IMG/VR virus record: IMGVR_UViG_3300045988_095964
Direction: 5' to 3' (one strand)
Length of the DNA: 64,000 nt
Origin: a virus
Part shown: one piece after another, positions 1 through 8,448 of the stretch
How positions within the stretch are numbered: position 1 is the stretch's first letter
Layout: each line of letters begins with the position of its first letter
Position numbers and translations under genes: made by a program
Notes under the pieces: generated by a model
Database searches by the model: none
Told to the model about the DNA's origin: nothing
What the model saw: only the letters and a program-made list of their open reading frames with translations

Positions 1-2
1 GT

Positions 3-296
3 TTCACTGAGGTGTTCTCTACGTGTGGTTTATCGCGGAGCGCCATCCGGTCTTTCCTCCCCGCGCTGGAGAAAATGAACGTGGTAAAACGGTACGGAAC
101 CAACCAAGGTATGCGTGTATTGTGGTGCTTGCGTGACGTGACACCTAACGACGTGGAATTTGACACGATGTGCCACGAGGTATACACAATGTATATCCGT
201 GACAATTTTAGCTGGAAATTGCCTACAAAACTAAGCGATTTCTCTGATGAAGAAATTAAAAACGAGGCTCTGCGACGGGGACTCCTTAACAATTAA
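3..296 (+). CDS. hypothetical protein, 5' end probably outside the window
   Basis: The frame is open from the window edge to TAA at 294-296. The track ORF begins only at a GTG at 12. No motif recognised. Confidence 0.35.
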   Translation, partial: FTEVFSTCGLSRSAIRSFLPALEKMNVVKRYGTNQGMRVLWCLRDVTPNDVEFDTMCHEVYTMYIRDNFSWKLPTKLSDFSDEEIKNEALRRGLLNN

Positions 297-300
297 AACT

Positions 301-675
301 ATGAGCAAAGTATCTATTTCTAAAGAATTCGGACTCAACCCCACGGTAGAAACCTGCTTTATCTGCGGGGAGTCCATAGGAGTTGCCCTTTTGGGGACTG
401 CCTACAAAGACAAAGATGGTAAAGTTGCCCAAGCTCCTCCGCAGGTATGCTGTGGTCACGCTTGTGACGGTTGTTCCAAGATCATCGCTGACGGCGGTAT
501 CTTTTTTATCGAGGTGCGCGACGGTGAAACAGGAGATAATCCTTATCGGACTGGTCGTGTCATTGCTATCAAAGAAGACGCGGTTAAGCGTGTGCTCAAA
601 CAGTACAACAAGGTAAACTACGTTGAGCAAACTGCATTCAACAAGTTGTTCCCTAAATACGAAAAGATCGACTGA
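301..675 (+). CDS. Cys-rich (zinc-ribbon-like) hypothetical protein
   Basis: ATG at 301 lies just after the upstream stop. Cys clusters 'CFICGES' and 'CCGHACDGCSK'. Confidence 0.5.
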   Translation: MSKVSISKEFGLNPTVETCFICGESIGVALLGTAYKDKDGKVAQAPPQVCCGHACDGCSKIIADGGIFFIEVRDGETGDNPYRTGRVIAIKEDAVKRVLKQYNKVNYVEQTAFNKLFPKYEKID

Positions 676-1079
676 TGAAGATTTCAAAACGTGAGCTAAT
701 GATTCTCACCGGCCAGCTTTGTCCCTACTGTAATGAGTGGACAGAGCTACGTGAATCCGGTGAAATTTACGACAAGGACTTCGGACTTCTGTACATGTGT
801 CCCAAATGCGGAGCATATGCAGGTGTTCATCGTGGAACTATCAACGGTAAAGGGAGTGTTGCCAACAAGGAACTTCGTGATGCCCGCAAACGAGCACACC
901 TTTATTTCGACGCTATTTGGCAAAAAGGACTTTCAAGCCGCACCCAAGCGTATAAATGGTTATCTTTGCAGTTGGAAATACCTGTCGAAATTACCCATAT
1001 TGGGATGTTTACTGTTGAACAGTGCGAAAAGGTAATCCGTATTTGTAAAGAAAGGTATGGTCAACTCATCCCGAAATAA
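675..1079 (+). CDS. zinc-finger protein (DUF3268-like)
   Basis: ATGA overlap with the upstream stop. Motifs 'CPYCNE' and 'CPKCGAYAGVH', then 'AHLYFDAIW...AYKWL'. The family name is from memory. Confidence 0.55.
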   Translation: MKISKRELMILTGQLCPYCNEWTELRESGEIYDKDFGLLYMCPKCGAYAGVHRGTINGKGSVANKELRDARKRAHLYFDAIWQKGLSSRTQAYKWLSLQLEIPVEITHIGMFTVEQCEKVIRICKERYGQLIPK

Positions 1080-1374
1080 ACATTCTCCGGAGGAGATACG
1101 GCGCATCGACATTATTGTTTGTTCGATGGAACAATACATGGACCTCTACAACTGCAATGAGGACCAGTATGAGAGAGACCTTTGCAGTGTTACTTTCGAC
1201 GAGGCGTACTCGTTTCTTATGGGAGCGTTTCGAAATCTCGAAGAAGTTAACGACCCTATTCCTGCGAGGAAAAACAGGATTGCTTCGATATATGTAGAAA
1301 AATTAAAATTTTGGATCGACTTCAAATGGAACTCCGTAGCTTCAATGTCGAGAGAATCTACTCTGATTGTGTAA
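1057..1374 (+). CDS. hypothetical protein
   Basis: 105-aa ORF that fills the gap. The start is uncertain (ATG 1057 or 1126). Confidence 0.35.
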   Translation: MVNSSRNKHSPEEIRRIDIIVCSMEQYMDLYNCNEDQYERDLCSVTFDEAYSFLMGAFRNLEEVNDPIPARKNRIASIYVEKLKFWIDFKWNSVASMSRESTLIV

Positions 1375-1646
1375 CGTGTGTGCTTGGAAATGACATAGGC
1401 ACGAAAAAGGCCATGCTCGATCTGCACGCTGACGATATACGGGATATGCTGTCCCAAATAGAGACTGAAACCATAGGGACCACTGTTTGCAATCTTTTCG
1501 GTTTGTGCCATATCCGGAAAGATGGTGAGCAGTGGACCCCTTATCTGCAAATAGTAAAGATGTTGATGCTTCTTGGGCGCCGCCTAAATCTCGTTGATTG
1601 GAAAGGGACGCTCGAACGAGAAACCACTATAATTTTCAAACTATGA
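1326..1646 (+). CDS. hypothetical protein
   Basis: First ATG of a frame open from 1251. It overlaps the upstream ORF by 49 nt. ATG 1413 is an alternative start. Confidence 0.35.
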   Translation: MELRSFNVERIYSDCVTCVLGNDIGTKKAMLDLHADDIRDMLSQIETETIGTTVCNLFGLCHIRKDGEQWTPYLQIVKMLMLLGRRLNLVDWKGTLERETTIIFKL

Positions 1647-2062
1647 AAGTAACCGAAAAAAAGATATTCGGTGACAAGCTCACCGTTACGACAAGTACTG
1701 GAAAGGTTGTCGGAATATTCACTGTCAAGAAAGTCTCTGACGGGGTTCTCACTGTGGAGACTAACGATACCACGTTTCGCATCCCGTTATTCGAGAAAGG
1801 GAAACGTATCTCACTGAATGAATACCGGAGTGCCCTGTTGCATGAGATTGAAACCCGTTACGGGACACTCGGTAAATTCGCCGTTTCCCCGGAGGGTCTG
1901 AAACTGCCTGCACGATACCGAAAGAATCTGCGTGCGTATATGACGAATAAGAACCGCGCGACAATGCCCGTTTTAACGCTGATCGCCCGTGCTTTGGGTC
2001 TTCCCAAACGACGAGCTTCTACCGCGTTTTCCCGTGCTTTTTTTATTGATCTGACCCGGTAA
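1643..2062 (+). CDS. hypothetical protein, possible C-terminal HTH
   Basis: ATGA overlap at 1643-1646. C-terminal 'MPVLTLIARALGLPKR'. A strong terminator follows. Confidence 0.5.
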   Translation: MKVTEKKIFGDKLTVTTSTGKVVGIFTVKKVSDGVLTVETNDTTFRIPLFEKGKRISLNEYRSALLHEIETRYGTLGKFAVSPEGLKLPARYRKNLRAYMTNKNRATMPVLTLIARALGLPKRRASTAFSRAFFIDLTR

Positions 2063-2087
2063 CCGTCCGACCGCATAAAGTCGATAA

Positions 2088-2127
2088 AACCGCCCGAAAA
2101 ATGCCCTTTTCGGTGCGGTTATTTTTG
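2088..2127 (+). terminator. rho-independent terminator
   Basis: 13-bp stem (AACCGCCCGAAAA / TTTTCGGtGCGGTT, one bulge), loop ATGCCC, then ATTTTTGT. Confidence 0.8.
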
Positions 2128-2135
2128 TACCTGTT

Positions 2136-2166
2136 ATTGTCAAATACCAAAGAATCACTATATTTG
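2136..2166 (+). promoter_or_regulatory. Bacteroides-type promoter (-33 ATTG, -7 TATATTTG)
   Basis: TAnnTTTG at 2159-2166. ATTG lies 19 nt upstream. The motif is 22 nt before ATG 2189. Confidence 0.6.
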
Positions 2167-2188
2167 CGTATAACTTAAAAATCCCGGT

Positions 2189-3277
2189 ATGAAAAAGGAG
2201 AAACAGATTAAGGCGTATACCCGTCGCACCAAATCCGGTAAGATGGTTGCGGTTAAAGCGCATACCGCAAAATACGATGCCGCTGATATGGCAAAAGAAG
2301 CACTCAAAAAGAAAGGTGCTGGTGACGAGTTTGAACAACGGTACAGGTCTCGGCAGTTTAAGAGTTACGCCGAAGCCGAAAAATACAAGAAGCATCCGGA
2401 TTACGCCGGAATCGAGGTCGGCAGTAACGGATATGTTTCCGTGGTATTCCGTGACAACAAAAAGAAACCTGCGGGTGCTGGTTCTACTGGGAGAACCAAG
2501 AAAGAGACCGACCAAGACAAGGCGGCTAAATTAAAGGAGGTGGTTGCCAAACTTAAAAAAGCAAAGGCGTCTGATACCGCTAAAACTAAGCCTGCTTCAA
2601 AGACTGACAGTACTTCCAAGAAGCAACCTGTCGGTGGTGGGTCTACCGGGCGTATGAAAAAAGATACCACGATTAAGAAAACTGCCCCCACAAAATCTAC
2701 TGATTCCGCAAGTGTATCATCGGCAGATTTTAAGGCTTGGTATCACGATCCGCATTCTGCCACTGGAAAGAAAGTTGCCACTCAATTACGAAAGCAACTG
2801 GGTATCTCTCAGTATAACCGGCTGAATAAGCAGGCTGACGAAAGCTACTCTACCCGTGGGCATTTAGCCATGTACAAGGCCCTCAGTGGTACACCTGCGA
2901 AAACTCCTGCCGGGTCAGGTAGTACGGGGCGTACCAAAAAGACATCCGGAGATTCGGAGAAACTCACCAAATTCAAAGAAGTGGTTTCTAAGCTCAAAAA
3001 GGCAAAGGAGGCTGACATGACCAAGAAGAAACCCGTAGGAGCTGGTAGTACTGGGAGGGTTAAGAAGACTCCGAAAGTAAATGGGGTTCGGGAATATGAC
3101 AGAGGTCCCGGTTTCAAGCGTTCAGGCACTCAAATTGAGTTTGTGAACGGAGAACTCGGTAGTGCAGAAGATTACAGTAAGGCAATTCGTGTCAAAAATC
3201 CAGACAAGGTCCTCAAAAAAGCTATTTCCGAATTTCGGAAAGACATGAGAGCTAAATATGGTTCTCGATGGGAGTAG
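2189..3277 (+). CDS. Lys-rich repeat protein with basic N-terminal hairpin-like motif
   Basis: N-terminus 'KQIKAYTRRTKSGKMVAVKAHTAKYD'. Four copies of 'P[AV]G[AGS]GSTGR[TMV]KK'. Two copies of 'K(E/F)..VV.KLKKAK'. Confidence 0.7.
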   Translation: MKKEKQIKAYTRRTKSGKMVAVKAHTAKYDAADMAKEALKKKGAGDEFEQRYRSRQFKSYAEAEKYKKHPDYAGIEVGSNGYVSVVFRDNKKKPAGAGSTGRTKKETDQDKAAKLKEVVAKLKKAKASDTAKTKPASKTDSTSKKQPVGGGSTGRMKKDTTIKKTAPTKSTDSASVSSADFKAWYHDPHSATGKKVATQLRKQLGISQYNRLNKQADESYSTRGHLAMYKALSGTPAKTPAGSGSTGRTKKTSGDSEKLTKFKEVVSKLKKAKEADMTKKKPVGAGSTGRVKKTPKVNGVREYDRGPGFKRSGTQIEFVNGELGSAEDYSKAIRVKNPDKVLKKAISEFRKDMRAKYGSRWE

Positions 3278-3279
3278 AA

Positions 3280-3311
3280 TTTGCTCGTTAAAATAAATTC
3301 GGTTATATTTG
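3280..3311 (+). promoter_or_regulatory. Bacteroides-type promoter (-33 TTTG, -7 TATATTTG)
   Basis: TTTG at 3280-3283, a 20-nt spacer, then TATATTTG at 3304-3311. Confidence 0.65.
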
Positions 3312-3349
3312 CGGTAGCATCAGCAACGATGCTACCCTTTTTTGTACCT

Positions 3350-3571
3350 ATGCAGATTGTTTCGTCGAATATTCGGACGGCTGACTATGACCGGCGTACA
3401 CGAACGTTAAGCATGACGTTCATAAATCGACCGAACTGGCATTATGAATTTTTCAACGTGCCTATCCGTATATGGACGAACTTTCTGAGAGCTGAAAGTA
3501 AGGGGCAATATTTTTCGACCTATATCCGCGACGGGTATCAATATCGTAGAAGTTTCAGAAGAAAATCGTAG
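3350..3571 (+). CDS. KTSC-domain protein
   Basis: 'SSNIRTADYDRRTRTLSMTF...YEFFNVPIRIWTNFLRAESKGQYFSTYIR' matches the KTSC pattern. The start was chosen downstream of the promoter. Confidence 0.65.
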   Translation: MQIVSSNIRTADYDRRTRTLSMTFINRPNWHYEFFNVPIRIWTNFLRAESKGQYFSTYIRDGYQYRRSFRRKS

Positions 3572-3576
3572 AAGTA

Positions 3577-4116
3577 ATGGCAACTATCACACGGGTATTT
3601 GAGTTTGACGCCGCACACCGGGTAATGAATGAGCGCGTAAAGTGTTTCAACCTACACGGGCATCGTTTTCGGTTGGAGGTAACCTTTGACATTTCCCAAG
3701 AGTATTGGGGTCTTGGTTACCCTATCGACTTTAAGGAACTCAAACGAATCTTCGGCGGATTCATCGACCAATTTTTAGACCACGCCTGTATTCTTAATCC
3801 TCAGGATGACGAGATCATCAACATGTGCGACAAAAATAACTGGCGCATGTGGGTAATGGGTTTCTGCCTGCGGGATATTGACAAGAATCCCTCTGCTGAA
3901 AATCTGGCTGACGAATTATTCGTTTCATTCAAAGAACTGGCGACATTATGTCCCGAAAAGTTTACCATTAACTCGGTTCGGCTGTATGAGACGCCGAATT
4001 GTTGGGTTGATGTCAATTCGTCCGAGACCGAATTAACCGAAGCATTCCGACACTCTCTTACCAAGTGGAGGGAATCTATGGGTAACTTCGAATATGACGC
4101 GAGAAAATGCCAGTAA
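3577..4116 (+). CDS. queD: 6-carboxy-5,6,7,8-tetrahydropterin synthase
   Basis: 'FEFDAAHRV', 'CFNLHGHRFRLEV', 'IDFKELK', 'FLDHACILN' and 'NPSAENLA...LYETP' align with E. coli QueD motifs. Confidence 0.85.
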   Translation: MATITRVFEFDAAHRVMNERVKCFNLHGHRFRLEVTFDISQEYWGLGYPIDFKELKRIFGGFIDQFLDHACILNPQDDEIINMCDKNNWRMWVMGFCLRDIDKNPSAENLADELFVSFKELATLCPEKFTINSVRLYETPNCWVDVNSSETELTEAFRHSLTKWRESMGNFEYDARKCQ

Positions 4117-5756
4117 GAAAATCCATAAAGGAGGAAGGCTTCGTATTTGAAACCAAAGGAAAGAGTGCCGAAAGTATCGACACCTCAAGCGTTGAGGGTA
4201 AGACGGTCTCTTTCGACGCGCATTTCATTACGAACCGTATCATGGAGTTCGGTAAGATTCTTACCGGCATACCTCTGTATGAATATCAGGAAGCCATTGC
4301 GTATCGGATCATTTACTCGGTAATCACTTTCGAGGGTAGCGTTCTAACCGTCCTGCTGTCCCGTCAGTCGGGTAAGTCCGAGACAATGGCTTTTGTCATT
4401 GATACCCTAACCGTCCTGCTTCCGGCGCTTGCTAAAGTACTGCCGGAACTGGAACAGTTCTCCACTGGTTTCCGTGTTGGACTGTTTGCGCCGCAATCGG
4501 ATCAGGTTGTAACGACTTATTCGCGTGCTATGACAAGACTTAATTCGGCCAATGCCGAGATGATTCTCTCTGACCCGGATATTTCGGTATCTATGGAAAG
4601 TAACGTGCGCTTGTCACTGAGTAACGGATCGTTCTTGGCCGGACAAGTCGCCAGTAAGCAATCCAAGATCGAATCCAAGACGTATGACCTTGTAATATGT
4701 GAGGAGGCACAGGATATTGACGACTTTATCGTTCAGAAGTCTATCGAGCCTATGCTTTCGGCTACCGGTGGTACACTGCTTAAAGTAGGAACTACCGGTA
4801 TGACCAAGAACCACTTTTGGTATGAGATTCAGGCGAACCGTAACCATGACCGCCGATTGAAAGACCCACGGTTACGGAATCACTTCGAGTACGCATATAA
4901 GGAGATCATCGCCGCCCGTCGTGAACAGTATGAAAAAGACGGTAAGAAATTCCACCTCAACTATGAAGCGGACGTGCTTCGTAAAAAGGAACGTTGGGGA
5001 GAAGATTCCCAAGCGTTCAAACTTGCGTATGCGTTACAGTGGGATTTGGAGAGCGGTATGCTTATTACCGATAAGGAGTTCAACAATCTGCTGAACCGGA
5101 AACTCGGTTATCAGGACCCCGATATTCGTGATTTTATCGTTGCCGGCCTCGATATTGGTAAGTCTCCTGCGGAGACGGTTCTTACGATTGGCCGTGTATG
5201 GTACGGGGATGACCCGTTCGAAAAACCCTATAAACAGATACTCGCATGGGTATGTTTAGGAGGTCTCGACTACGAAGCCCAACACCATGAAATTCTCAAC
5301 TATATTGTAGAATACAACATTTCTACTATATTTGCAGACTATACGGGTGTTGGTAAAGCTGTCGTTGACAGATTGATTTATGCCTGCGGCGAACATGTCA
5401 ATATCGAACCGTATACGTTTACGGCGCAGAGTAAATCTGACATGTGGTTTAATTTTATCTCGGACATTCAAACCAAGCGTATTATTGTGCCTGCGAACAA
5501 ACAAGTGCGAGGTACGATGGAGTTCCAAAAGTTCGAGGAGCAAATGAAGAACTGTCAGAAGTATTTCAACGGCCCGTACATGGTTTGTGAAAAATCGGAC
5601 GGCTACTTTGATGACATGGTAGACAGTTGTGCGTTGATGTGTTTGGCGGCTAACTCCGACCGGCAGGTTGACAATGAAATGGAAGTTACCGATAATCCGC
5701 TGTACGATGGAATTACTGCGACTATCGGCGCAATAAGGAGAAACTCTTACACTTAG
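4107..5756 (+). CDS. terL: terminase large subunit
   Basis: 549 aa. Walker A-like 'SRQSGKSE' and Walker B 'DLVICEEAQDI'. C-terminal nuclease-sized domain. Lies immediately upstream of the portal gene. Confidence 0.9.
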   Translation: MPVRKSIKEEGFVFETKGKSAESIDTSSVEGKTVSFDAHFITNRIMEFGKILTGIPLYEYQEAIAYRIIYSVITFEGSVLTVLLSRQSGKSETMAFVIDTLTVLLPALAKVLPELEQFSTGFRVGLFAPQSDQVVTTYSRAMTRLNSANAEMILSDPDISVSMESNVRLSLSNGSFLAGQVASKQSKIESKTYDLVICEEAQDIDDFIVQKSIEPMLSATGGTLLKVGTTGMTKNHFWYEIQANRNHDRRLKDPRLRNHFEYAYKEIIAARREQYEKDGKKFHLNYEADVLRKKERWGEDSQAFKLAYALQWDLESGMLITDKEFNNLLNRKLGYQDPDIRDFIVAGLDIGKSPAETVLTIGRVWYGDDPFEKPYKQILAWVCLGGLDYEAQHHEILNYIVEYNISTIFADYTGVGKAVVDRLIYACGEHVNIEPYTFTAQSKSDMWFNFISDIQTKRIIVPANKQVRGTMEFQKFEEQMKNCQKYFNGPYMVCEKSDGYFDDMVDSCALMCLAANSDRQVDNEMEVTDNPLYDGITATIGAIRRNSYT

Positions 5757-5760
5757 TGCT

Positions 5761-7347
5761 ATGGGTATAAACACAGGAGGAATGGACCCTACCGGTATGG
5801 GTAGTTACACGGGTTATCCGGGGTCGAAATATTGGAATGTTGACAGTCGCCCGCTATCGGAAGCTACCAGCGTTCTGCGTTCATTCGTTATTACGAATAT
5901 CGTTCAGGACAGTCAGTGGGAGATTGACCGAATGACGAGGTACTATCTGTTCTGGAAGTTCTACGATGGTCTCCATTGGAAAGACTTCAACGACGGAATG
6001 ATCTCGTTCAACTATGTTCGGGCATTTATCGACAAGGTTAATATGTTCTTGCTCGGTAACGAGGCTTTCTCGTTCCAAGTAAAGAGTTATTACTCGGACC
6101 AAATCGACGATGAAATCGAAAAGATTGCCGAGGAACTGATGATGTACCACTGGGGCAAATCCGATAAATCCCAGTTGGCTTACGAGATTCTGCAAATGGG
6201 AAGTATCACCGGCGACTGTTGGATCGGTGCTTCATGGCAAGGCGGTGAATACGAAAAGTACGTCAAAGTAAAGGTGTTCGATTCCCGGCAGTGTTTTCCC
6301 ATCTTCAAAAACGGCGACTTCAATACATTGGAGCGTTTCTTGGTTCGCCAACCTTTGGACTCCACTAAGGAGCAACCGTACAAACTGTACGTAATACAGT
6401 ACACCGATAAGAGTATTGAGACATGGTATCAAAAAGATGTCACGATTAACGATTCATCGGTGGCTAAGTACGAACACAAGAAATACCCCAATAAATATGG
6501 ATTTATTCCGGTCGTCCATATTAAGAATCGTCCGAATGCCGCCAAATTCTACGGAACTTCTGACGCGAGCGACATTCTTAAACTGAACAAGGTGTACAAC
6601 GAGATGAACCAGCAGATCAAGGCCGTCATCGACTATCACGTAACGCCGACCACGGTAATTACCGGCGCATCCGCTAAGTCGCTGAAAAAAGGTCTTGGTC
6701 AAATTTGGTCTGGCTTACCTGCTGAGGCTAACGTGTTCAATCTTGGTCTGGACGTAGACCTTTCTGCCGCTCTTGAATTTATCAAGGACCTTAAAACGGC
6801 GATGCACGAATTATCCGACGTGCCGGAAAATGCCCTCGGTAAAATTCAGGCCATCAGCAATACTTCCGCCGCCGCGTTGCAGATCACCTATCACCCGTTA
6901 CTGCAACAGGCCAACATTAAGGCTATGACATATGGTGAGGGTATTACCGAGATGAACTCTATGATTCTCCGTATTCTGGAAATCGAGGACCCGAAAAACG
7001 AACGCCTTAAAAAACTGCGTAAGTTGGCTCCCCGGTTCCGTTCGGAGATGCGCATTGTTCCCGTCTTTGCTTATGGTTTCCCGAAAGACCGCATGGATGA
7101 ACTCAATCGTGCCGAAATCGAGCTTCGTCTCAAACTCGGTTCCCGTAAAGAGATCATGGAGCGTATGGGTAAACAGAACATCGACGCGCTTATGGAACAG
7201 ATTGATGATGATACGCTTCACCAAGCGTTACTTCAAGCAAAACTTCAAGAGGCTCTCAGTGGAGTTCCTCCCGAACCGGGTATCAATCCGGATGATGATT
7301 CCGGTGCTATCGAGGAACCCGAATTGAATCCTAATCCTGCCGAATAA
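5761..7347 (+). CDS. portal protein
   Basis: 528 aa, directly after terL. Acidic C-terminal tail. Assigned by position and size. Confidence 0.8.
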   Translation: MGINTGGMDPTGMGSYTGYPGSKYWNVDSRPLSEATSVLRSFVITNIVQDSQWEIDRMTRYYLFWKFYDGLHWKDFNDGMISFNYVRAFIDKVNMFLLGNEAFSFQVKSYYSDQIDDEIEKIAEELMMYHWGKSDKSQLAYEILQMGSITGDCWIGASWQGGEYEKYVKVKVFDSRQCFPIFKNGDFNTLERFLVRQPLDSTKEQPYKLYVIQYTDKSIETWYQKDVTINDSSVAKYEHKKYPNKYGFIPVVHIKNRPNAAKFYGTSDASDILKLNKVYNEMNQQIKAVIDYHVTPTTVITGASAKSLKKGLGQIWSGLPAEANVFNLGLDVDLSAALEFIKDLKTAMHELSDVPENALGKIQAISNTSAAALQITYHPLLQQANIKAMTYGEGITEMNSMILRILEIEDPKNERLKKLRKLAPRFRSEMRIVPVFAYGFPKDRMDELNRAEIELRLKLGSRKEIMERMGKQNIDALMEQIDDDTLHQALLQAKLQEALSGVPPEPGINPDDDSGAIEEPELNPNPAE

Positions 7348-7436
7348 GCTGAAATTTTGATTTTTCAGAAAAACTGCTTACTTTTGGACAGGCTATCAGT
7401 ATAAATTCTTTTTCGTCTAACTAAAACTTTCGTATT

Positions 7437-7634
7437 ATGGCAGGGTTACAAACTCTCGACAAATCGAATCCGGAGGCACTGCACGACATCGGGCAGACCA
7501 AACAGCCTCTCGTCGGCCCCAAGTTCGTCAATCCGGGTACTCCCGAATCGGCGCTTGTAAGCCGTGAGCAAATGACGCAGGCTACCGTAAAAGGTAACGG
7601 CGCAGAGGTGCTCAAAAACAACCTCATTAAGTAA
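7437..7634 (+). CDS. hypothetical small protein
   Basis: 65-aa ORF between the portal and scaffold genes. Confidence 0.4.
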   Translation: MAGLQTLDKSNPEALHDIGQTKQPLVGPKFVNPGTPESALVSREQMTQATVKGNGAEVLKNNLIK

Positions 7635-7676
7635 CATCAGAAAACTGTATTACTCCAAAATCGTAGAAATCACCGT

Positions 7677-8423
7677 ATGAATCCGCAAGAAAGAACAACC
7701 GTAGCAATTCCGGAGAGTATCGAACTGAATGGCCAAACTTATGTGGTTAAAGATACTCCCGAACTGATGGCGTTCAGAGTCGCCGTCGCTCAAGCCGAGA
7801 AATCAAAACTGCACTCGACTTTTGAGACCCTGCGTAACCAGATCGAAACTCTTAAAGCCGCAAATGTCGTTCAGTCGTCCGCTCCCTTCGATCTGAACGC
7901 CCTGTTGTCGGCTATGGAGCAGAAATTCGTTACGCGGGACGACCTCAAAGAGACGATTGGTGAAGTTATCCAACCCGTTCTCTCGGCTACCGAGCAACAG
8001 CGCGTCAACGACCTCAATCAGTACCGGGAGCGTCTCATCCGTGACAACGAGGCAACGTGTATTCCCGAACTTGTCAAGGGTAACAGCAAGGAGGAACTCG
8101 AAAAGTCTCTCAGAGACAGTATCGAGCTTCGTGCCAAGTACAATTCTCCGGTGATGATTCCGGGTGCCCAGCCTACCAAGGTTACGGACCCGCTCATCGC
8201 TAAGAAGATGGCCGAAATGGCCGGTGCCGTAGATTCGACGCCTGCTCCCGCGCCTGTACCGGCAACACCTGCTACGCCCGCATCGGCAATGCCGGAAGTT
8301 CCGTCTCGTGCCGTCCCGGAAGTTTCACAAGGTCCCAATTTCAAGCAGATGACTATGGACGAGTTCCAGCAGAAACGCGAACAACTCCTGCACCAGTTGG
8401 AAGCTGAATTCGGGAATAAGTAG
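7677..8423 (+). CDS. scaffolding protein
   Basis: Predicted coiled-coil, Ala/Pro-rich tract 'TPAPAPVPATPATPA'. Lies immediately upstream of the capsid gene. Confidence 0.6.
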   Translation: MNPQERTTVAIPESIELNGQTYVVKDTPELMAFRVAVAQAEKSKLHSTFETLRNQIETLKAANVVQSSAPFDLNALLSAMEQKFVTRDDLKETIGEVIQPVLSATEQQRVNDLNQYRERLIRDNEATCIPELVKGNSKEELEKSLRDSIELRAKYNSPVMIPGAQPTKVTDPLIAKKMAEMAGAVDSTPAPAPVPATPATPASAMPEVPSRAVPEVSQGPNFKQMTMDEFQQKREQLLHQLEAEFGNK

Positions 8424-8448
8424 TAAAAACGTCTAAACCTTATTAAAA

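Noticed and set aside
1311-1374. Possible -1 programmed frameshift joining ORFs 1057..1374 and 1311..1646
   Set aside because: I found no X_XXY_YYZ slippery heptamer in the overlap. An in-frame ATG at 1326 (or 1413) allows an independent gene. This is left as two low-confidence CDSs.
3281-3349. N-terminal extensions proposed by the ORF track (3281 TTG; also 56037..56159, 56700..56750 and 15171..15524)
   Set aside because: These extensions run through promoter or terminator elements, or start at non-ATG codons. Internal ATGs just downstream of the promoters give proteins that begin at the conserved domain.
7349-7368. Hairpin CTGAAA-N8-TTTCAG after the portal gene, considered as a terminator
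   Set aside because: The stem is AT-rich, only 6 bp long and followed by A-rich rather than T-rich sequence. It is too weak to call.
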